Assembly: GCA_965237675.1 (NCBI GenBank)
Contig: OZ250150.1
Location: forward strand, 3,968,001-4,032,000
Length of the DNA stretch: 64,000 nucleotides
Origin: Candidatus Latescibacterota bacterium
GTDB lineage: Bacteria > Latescibacterota > UBA2968 > GCA-2709665
Reading direction: 5' to 3'
This document shows positions 58,346 to 64,000 of this stretch, one piece after another. Under the pieces are notes generated by a model. It was given only the letters and a program-made list of their open reading frames with translations. It did not search any database and was not told the origin of the DNA. The number at the start of each line of letters is the position of its first letter. Within the stretch, counting starts at the first letter, position 1. Made by a program: the position numbers and the translations under genes.

Positions 58346-59164
58346 ATGTACCGTACGCTCGTTTACCTCGTCTTCAGCCAACTCGCCGTTGGCGGGTTGT
58401 TGTCAATGCTGGTCGTCCCACTCGAAGCCGGCAAACGCTTTTTCCGATTTTGTACACTCGCGTGCCTGGTGTTTCTCCTGGTGGCCCTGCGGGTAGGGCC
58501 ATTCCCTATTCTAACGCCATTGACGGATGGCGCGACGGACTCCACGCTGCCGCGACGGCTATTGTTGGCCAGCGCCCTGCTCGCTTTTGTCTACCTTCTT
58601 GCGGTCGTCGCCGAACGCATAAAACCCCAAAAACCGCTGCTTGCCGCCGCGGGTCTGACCGGTGCGGCCGGCCTTCTATCGGACGGGTATCTTGCCTGTG
58701 CGGCCTGTTCCCCTTTTGCAGCCGGCGTGTTTACCGCCGCCAGTTACCTGATCTCCGCCCTGTTCCTGGGCAGCATAATTTTCGCGATGATCCTGGGCCA
58801 CTGGTACCTCGTGGTACCCTCGCTCCACATCCGGCCCCTGCGTGCCCTCACGCAATTGATGCTTGGCGCCACGCTGGCTAAAGCAATGCTGACCGCGCTC
58901 ACGCTATACGTCTTCTGGGCGGACGGCGATATTCAGATAAGGGAAACGCTCCGATCATTTTTGGGACTGGGCGGTCTTTTTCTCTGGGTACGCGTGCTCT
59001 TTGGCCTGATCGGTCCGATCATCGTGGGTCTTATGGTCTGGCAAACCGTCAAGATTCACTCGACCCAGTCGGCGACTGGGCTGCTTTACGTGGCCACGAT
59101 TTTTGTTTTGATCGGGGAATGCGTTTCCGGCTATATTTTTTATACGACAACCATACCGGTCTAA
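58346..59164 (+). CDS. Hypothetical integral membrane protein (GHWYL motif)
   Basis: About 8 TM segments; AMILGHWYLV, STQSATGLLYV. Confidence 0.8.
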   Translation: MYRTLVYLVFSQLAVGGLLSMLVVPLEAGKRFFRFCTLACLVFLLVALRVGPFPILTPLTDGATDSTLPRRLLLASALLAFVYLLAVVAERIKPQKPLLAAAGLTGAAGLLSDGYLACAACSPFAAGVFTAASYLISALFLGSIIFAMILGHWYLVVPSLHIRPLRALTQLMLGATLAKAMLTALTLYVFWADGDIQIRETLRSFLGLGGLFLWVRVLFGLIGPIIVGLMVWQTVKIHSTQSATGLLYVATIFVLIGECVSGYIFYTTTIPV

Positions 59165-59324
59165 CAGCCCGTTGAAAAAGTCCATCCGGGCTGCGGCCGG
59201 CTCTTGCGACCGAATTACTGAGTTGCGCTTCCTCTCCGAATCCCCCGATTCGGCTCGGTCGCGCGCCTTGTCTTCGGTCACAATCGCTCGGCCTCGACTG
59301 CAGAGCAACTTTTTCAACGGACTG
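59165..59324. mobile_element. MITE, 160 bp, with CTAA target-site duplication
   Basis: TIRs CAGCCCGTTGAAAAAGT and ACTTTTTCAACGGACTG (16/17 match); CTAA on both sides (59161-59164, 59325-59328). Confidence 0.82.
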
Positions 59325-59332
59325 CTAAGCCC

Positions 59333-59779
59333 ATGGAAATCAGTTTTCGCTGCCCCGAATGTCAGTCCGTGAACCAGTTCCACGCTTCCCAGACCGAAAC
59401 ATCCTGTACGGCCTGCGGCCGAAATTTTCCAATGGCCTTCTCGGACAAAATCGTACTTAGTAACCAGGTCGACGTCTGCCCCTGCTGTGGAAAGTCCGAC
59501 TTTTACGTCCAGAGAGACTTCAATGGAAAAATCGGCCTGGCAATCGCCGTCCTGTTTGCCGTCGTCGGCCTGGTTTTCGTGGCGCTGGACCGCCCGATCT
59601 ACTTCTATGCCAGCCTGGGTGCCGCCGCAATTATTGATCTTGCACTGTACCTGAGTCTGCCGGAAATCACGATTTGTTACAGTTGCAAAACTGCCTTTCG
59701 GGGCGCCCGAAAGAACCCGCAGCATCAGCCATTCGACCTGCATACGGCAGACATGTACGACAATCGCGCCAAGGGGTGA
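59333..59779 (+). CDS. Zinc-ribbon membrane protein (hypothetical)
   Basis: Four CxxC pairs (CPEC, CTAC, CPCC, CYSC) and two TM helices. Confidence 0.78.
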   Translation: MEISFRCPECQSVNQFHASQTETSCTACGRNFPMAFSDKIVLSNQVDVCPCCGKSDFYVQRDFNGKIGLAIAVLFAVVGLVFVALDRPIYFYASLGAAAIIDLALYLSLPEITICYSCKTAFRGARKNPQHQPFDLHTADMYDNRAKG

Positions 59780-59830
59780 CCCGCTGTCCGGAGCTGGGTT
59801 CACCGGCGGGTAACCAGGATTGATCCGTCC

Positions 59831-60406
59831 TCAACCGTCCCTTCGCCGTTGCAGCAATTCGAGAAACTCCTCGCGAGTTGTGCGATCCTTGAAAGCTCCC
59901 CGGACGGCGGAGGTGGTCGCCCAGGCACCCGGTTTTTTCACGCCTCGCATTTCCATACAAAGGTGCCGGGCCTCAACCACGACAATGGACCCTTTGGGTG
60001 CCAGTTCGCGTTGCAGATATTCTACGATCTGGTGGGTCATCCGCTCCTGAATCTGCGGCCGTCGGGCGTAATACTCCACGATCCGCACCAATTTGCTCAA
60101 CCCCACGATTTGGGCCGTAGGGATATAGCCCACGTGAGCCCTGCCCCAGAAGGGCAATAAATGGTGTGCGCACATCGAGTAGAACGTGATATCGGTCATT
60201 GCCACCATATTGTCGAACCCGTCGTCATTGGGAAACATCGTGATGTCGGGTTCGTTGTCTTCGTCGAGCCCTTGAAAAATTTCCAGGTACATCCGGGCGA
60301 AGCGTCGCGGCGTGTCCCTCAGGTTGGGGTCCTTCATGTCCAGGTTGAGCACCTTCATGATTTCCGCGATATGATACCCGATCCGCTCGATTTTGTCTTC
60401 CGCCAT
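59831..60406 (-). CDS. folE: GTP cyclohydrolase I
   Basis: LRDTPRR, FYSMCAHHLLPF, GLSKL, RPQIQER, HLCMEMRGV. Confidence 0.96.
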   Translation of the reverse strand: MAEDKIERIGYHIAEIMKVLNLDMKDPNLRDTPRRFARMYLEIFQGLDEDNEPDITMFPNDDGFDNMVAMTDITFYSMCAHHLLPFWGRAHVGYIPTAQIVGLSKLVRIVEYYARRPQIQERMTHQIVEYLQRELAPKGSIVVVEARHLCMEMRGVKKPGAWATTSAVRGAFKDRTTREEFLELLQRRRDG

Positions 60407-60525
60407 GGCCGTTCCTCTATTCCCCATTTATACGGGCGTTTTCAGCCCATTGTTTCGGGTTTAACTCCCGGCAGCATATAAACAGACCGTCCGGTAAGCC
60501 GGTGTCCGGGCGACATTCGTATCCG

Positions 60526-61095
60526 TCAGTCCGCGGCGCCAAAAGCCAGTCCCACGCTGAAACGGAACGAGGAGTCCGTTTCCTCGTTGGCGATCATCAT
60601 CTTGAGTTCCCCGAACCAGAGCAGACCCGGGCCAACCCGTCTCCGGAACCCAAGTGGAATATTCAAGGTGACCTTCGTGTCGTCCGGGACCGTGAGGTTG
60701 ACCGTGCCCCGCTGCCCCCCTTGCTCGATAATGTCAATCCGTGTCAGATGCACGCCGATCCCGCCGCCCACGTAACCGAAAGTGTTGCCCTGGCCGAAAA
60801 TAAACTGCGCTTCTCCATTCAGGATATATATCTTCATATTTTCCTGAATGACCAGATCCGCCCCCGGAACGAGATGGAGACGCGGTATGAAAATGGATCC
60901 GAAATCGACGTGTCCGCCAAGCGCCAGCCGGGCCGAATCGAACTCGTATCCGGAGAAATTCTGCGCCTCCTGGCGGGTGAGGTCCACGCCAACCTTGACA
61001 CCAAGCCCACGCAACCCGAGCGCGTCCACCCGGCAGTGACCCAGCACCACGCAGGCCACAATCAAACCGATTGTCCAGCGTGTAGGTTTGCACAT
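60526..61095 (-). CDS. Putative small outer-membrane beta-barrel protein
   Basis: Signal peptide, alternating beta pattern, YVGGGIG, C-terminal FSVGLAF; start ATG 61095. Confidence 0.7.
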   Translation of the reverse strand: MCKPTRWTIGLIVACVVLGHCRVDALGLRGLGVKVGVDLTRQEAQNFSGYEFDSARLALGGHVDFGSIFIPRLHLVPGADLVIQENMKIYILNGEAQFIFGQGNTFGYVGGGIGVHLTRIDIIEQGGQRGTVNLTVPDDTKVTLNIPLGFRRRVGPGLLWFGELKMMIANEETDSSFRFSVGLAFGAAD

Positions 61096-61174
61096 AGGGT
61101 TACCCCCTTTTTCTGTGAGTGCCCGGTGGTTGGCCCCGTCCCGGCGAAACCTCACGCCGCCCGCCATCGTGCCA

Positions 61175-62266
61175 TCATACGTTGAAGAGGAATCGAACAA
61201 CGTCTCCGGCTCGAATGGGATACTGCCTTCCTTCGGCGCGGATCCGGCCCGTTTCACGTAACCCGGCGATGCTGCCGGCAGCCAGGACGTCCCTGTAGGC
61301 AGCAACTTCCGCCCGGATGAAACCGTGTTCCATGTCCGAATGAATCCTGCCTGCTGCGGCAGGTGCCCGCGTGCCCTCAAGTACTTCCCAGGCCTGCAGC
61401 TTTTCGTTTGCGGTGGTATAAAAGGAAATCAGGCCCAAGAGGGCGTAACCGGCACGAATCAGCCGGTTCACCCCCGGCTGATTCAGCCCCATATCCGCGA
61501 CAAAGGCCGCCCGGTCGGCCGGCGGTAACTCGGCGACCTCCGCCTCAATCTGCGCCGCCAGCGGAAGCAACCTCCCGGCCCCGACCAATGCCCGCAACCG
61601 GTCGGTTTGGTCGCCCCCGTCGGGCAAATCCGTCTCCCGAATGTTCGCCACGTACAAGACGGGTTTGGCAGAAAGGAAATTGAAGGGCCTAATGGCCTCC
61701 ATCTGCGCTTTCGTCAGGTCCTGTTCCCCTATGGACACGGACCGTTCGAGCCCCTGGATGGCATTTCGCAAGGATTCGTACACGAAGCGTTCCGGCGCCC
61801 GGGGACTTGAACGCAACACCTTTTCAAGTCGGCGCGCGATCCCCTCCGCCGATTCGAGATCGGCCAGTTCCAGTTCGGTTTCAACGGTACCGACATCCCG
61901 AACCGGATCCACGCCACCGTCCACGTGCGGAACCTTATCGTTCTCATAGCACCGAACCACGTGAACCAGCGCGTCGACCTCCCGAATCCGCGCCAGAAAC
62001 CGGTTGCCCAGTCCCTCACCGTGGCTGGCACCCCGAACCAGTCCGGCAATGTCCACAAAGTGAACGAACGCAGGAATGCAGGCCTCTGGTTCAAGCAGTT
62101 CATTCAACCGTTGCAGGCGCTCGTCCGGTACTTCCACGACACCGACATTGGGTTCAACGGTGCAAAATGGATAGTTTGATGCTTCAACGCCGCCACTGGT
62201 GAGCGCGTTGAACAGGGTCGACTTACCCACATTTGGCAGGCCGACAATGCCGATATTCAGGGCCAT
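61175..62266 (-). CDS. ychF: Redox-regulated ATPase YchF
   Basis: GIVGLPNVGKSTLFNALT, NYPFCT, DIAGLV, GLGNRFL, IHSD...GFIRAEV. Confidence 0.96.
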   Translation of the reverse strand: MALNIGIVGLPNVGKSTLFNALTSGGVEASNYPFCTVEPNVGVVEVPDERLQRLNELLEPEACIPAFVHFVDIAGLVRGASHGEGLGNRFLARIREVDALVHVVRCYENDKVPHVDGGVDPVRDVGTVETELELADLESAEGIARRLEKVLRSSPRAPERFVYESLRNAIQGLERSVSIGEQDLTKAQMEAIRPFNFLSAKPVLYVANIRETDLPDGGDQTDRLRALVGAGRLLPLAAQIEAEVAELPPADRAAFVADMGLNQPGVNRLIRAGYALLGLISFYTTANEKLQAWEVLEGTRAPAAAGRIHSDMEHGFIRAEVAAYRDVLAAGSIAGLRETGRIRAEGRQYPIRAGDVVRFLFNV

Positions 62267-62366
62267 ATTCACATGGAGGCTACGGCAGACGCATGTGCGC
62301 CCGACAAAAGAAACAGCCAGCGGCTAGACGTAAACCGCTGGCCGACAGAGGCTGGACCATTGATCG

Positions 62367-62633
62367 TTAAAGGCCGCCGCTAATGGCAGTGACAAAGTGA
62401 ACCTCGCTTACCGCCCGTACCTTCTGTCGCATCCCGTCGGTGCTTACAACACCGTCGATGGCAACCGCCAGCCCGGGCTTGATGCGGTCTCCGTCGCAGA
62501 TCCGGTCCTTAATTCCCGGAAAGCTCGCCTCCAGGTTCTCAATAACCTCCCGAATCGTCTGGCCGGGCACCTGAACCTGCTCCTGACCGGCGGTCAGACA
62601 ACGCATCAGAGACGGTATCCAGACCTCCGGCAT
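62367..62633 (-). CDS. MoaD/ThiS-family sulfur carrier
   Basis: Ubiquitin-like 88 aa ending AISGGL; directly after the molybdo-enzyme gene. Confidence 0.88.
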   Translation of the reverse strand: MPEVWIPSLMRCLTAGQEQVQVPGQTIREVIENLEASFPGIKDRICDGDRIKPGLAVAIDGVVSTDGMRQKVRAVSEVHFVTAISGGL

Positions 62634-62636
62634 GGC

Positions 62637-64000
62637 TCACCCTTTCCCGTTGCCCCCGCCGTTGCTGCTCCAGAGTGTCTTCAGAACACGCCCCGGAGAC
62701 ATCGGCAAGTCGCGCACACGCACACCCACGGCGTGATAGATCGCATTCGCCACAGCGGCAGGGGGAGGAACAATTGGCACCTCACCCACGCCGCGCACCC
62801 CATACGGATGGCCGGGATTGGGCACCTCGACAATCACCGTCTCAATCATCGGCAGGTCCAGGCAGGTGGGCATACGGTAGTCCAGCAGGCTGGCGTTGAC
62901 CAGGTCGCCCTTCTCGTTGTAGAAATATTCTTCGTTCAATGCCCATCCGATGCCCTGGGCCACGCCGCCCTGCATCTGTCCTTCCACGTAGGCGGGATGT
63001 ATGGCCTTACCCGCATCCTGGACGATGGTAACCCTCAGAATGTCCACCTTTCCGGTGTCGGGATCGACTTCCACGTCCACGACCATGACGGCGTAGGCCG
63101 GCCCCGCCGCCTTTCCCGACACTGCCGCATGCCCGACCACAGGACCGCCCGTCGCACCCAACTTACCCGCCAGTTCCGTGAACGAAATTGCTTTTTCGGG
63201 GTCCGATCTGGATTTGAATTCACCGCCCTCAAAGACCACATCGTCCTCTGATATCTCCCACAGTCTGGCCGCCCTGGCGACCATCTGGCGTTTTGCGTCC
63301 TCCGCCGCCTCGTAACCGGCCCATCCCGTGGCAAAAGTCACGCGGCTCCCGCCGGTACCGTCCGTCTGCCCGATGGCATCGGTATCCACCACCATGGGTT
63401 TCACCTGCGCGGCGGGGATGCCAAGCACCTCGGCAACCTGCATCGCAATGGACGTCCGCGTGCCCCCGATATCGGGCGAACCCTCGACCAGACTGACCGT
63501 GCCGTCGGCATTTACGCTGACCACAACCGTCGAGGTCCCGCCCCCGTTGAACCAGAACCCGGAAGCCACACCGCGACCCCGATTGGGGCCTTCGAGTGTG
63601 GATTGGTAATGGTCTGATGCCATCGCCGCCTTCACGCACTCGTCGTGGCCGATCCTGGGAAAAACGGGACCGTCGGCCCGCCTGCTGCCTTCCATGGCGG
63701 AGTTCTTCAGGCGAAACTCGAGCGGATCCGTGTCCAGAATCTCGCAGATCTCGTCGATCACCGACTCGGCGGCGAAAGCGCCATTGGTTGCCCCGGGCGC
63801 GCGGTATGCAGAGGTCTGTGGTTTGTTGACGACCACGTCGTACCCGTCGATGACCACGTTGGGAATGTCGTACGGAGAAAAGATGCAGCCGGCGCCGGCG
63901 CCCACGGGTGATCCTGGATAGGCCCCGGCCTCGTAGGCCAGATACGCCTGCGCGGCAACCAGCTTGCCGTCGTTTGTGGCGCCCATCTTCACCTTCATAT
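62637..64000 (-). CDS. Xanthine dehydrogenase-family molybdopterin-binding subunit, C-terminal part
   Basis: AYRAPG, GTGGSRVT, VEVDPDTG, VEGQMQGG, GVRGVGEVP; starts beyond the window. Confidence 0.93.
   Translation of the reverse strand, partial: MKVKMGATNDGKLVAAQAYLAYEAGAYPGSPVGAGAGCIFSPYDIPNVVIDGYDVVVNKPQTSAYRAPGATNGAFAAESVIDEICEILDTDPLEFRLKNSAMEGSRRADGPVFPRIGHDECVKAAMASDHYQSTLEGPNRGRGVASGFWFNGGGTSTVVVSVNADGTVSLVEGSPDIGGTRTSIAMQVAEVLGIPAAQVKPMVVDTDAIGQTDGTGGSRVTFATGWAGYEAAEDAKRQMVARAARLWEISEDDVVFEGGEFKSRSDPEKAISFTELAGKLGATGGPVVGHAAVSGKAAGPAYAVMVVDVEVDPDTGKVDILRVTIVQDAGKAIHPAYVEGQMQGGVAQGIGWALNEEYFYNEKGDLVNASLLDYRMPTCLDLPMIETVIVEVPNPGHPYGVRGVGEVPIVPPPAAVANAIYHAVGVRVRDLPMSPGRVLKTLWSSNGGGNGKG

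Noticed and set aside
1-64000. CRISPR array or cas genes
   Set aside because: No run of identical repeats with unique spacers. The 36-bp-spaced pair at 27157/27193 has only two units and belongs to the GxxExxY flank.

Overview
Bacterial chromosome segment, GC-rich backbone, almost all genes on the minus strand. Gene content is compatible with a Latescibacterota/Gemmatimonadota-like lineage (inference only). Left arm (1-13.6 kb): housekeeping run DUF512-der-merR-rimP-nusA-infB-ylxP-rbfA-truB-ribF-rpsO-pnp-asnS (partial). Middle (~13.8-37.4 kb, downstream of tRNA-Gly(CCC)): an accessory/defence region with a PLD-SNF2 helicase, an Eco57I-like adenine methyltransferase, an HNH nuclease, a 1222-aa PIN-domain protein, an Mrr-N protein, a DprA/SLOG-like protein and a row of antitoxins whose toxins are missing or broken. 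Right arm: miaA, mutL, aminotransferase, polysaccharide lyase, hpt (frameshifted), UDG, an RtcB-CobW-archease-MobA cluster, PBP1A, class I aldolase, folE, ychF, MoaD and a partial molybdo-enzyme. Most notable: (i) a GxxExxY nuclease gene bracketed by inverted arms built of three ~9-bp units, plus an empty element of the same architecture near the tRNA; (ii) repeated scars where a diverged older 3' end of a gene lies stranded downstream of the intact gene; (iii) the orphan-antitoxin array; (iv) two MITEs, REP-like palindromes and a candidate structured RNA. All family calls come from motif recognition by eye; no searches were run.
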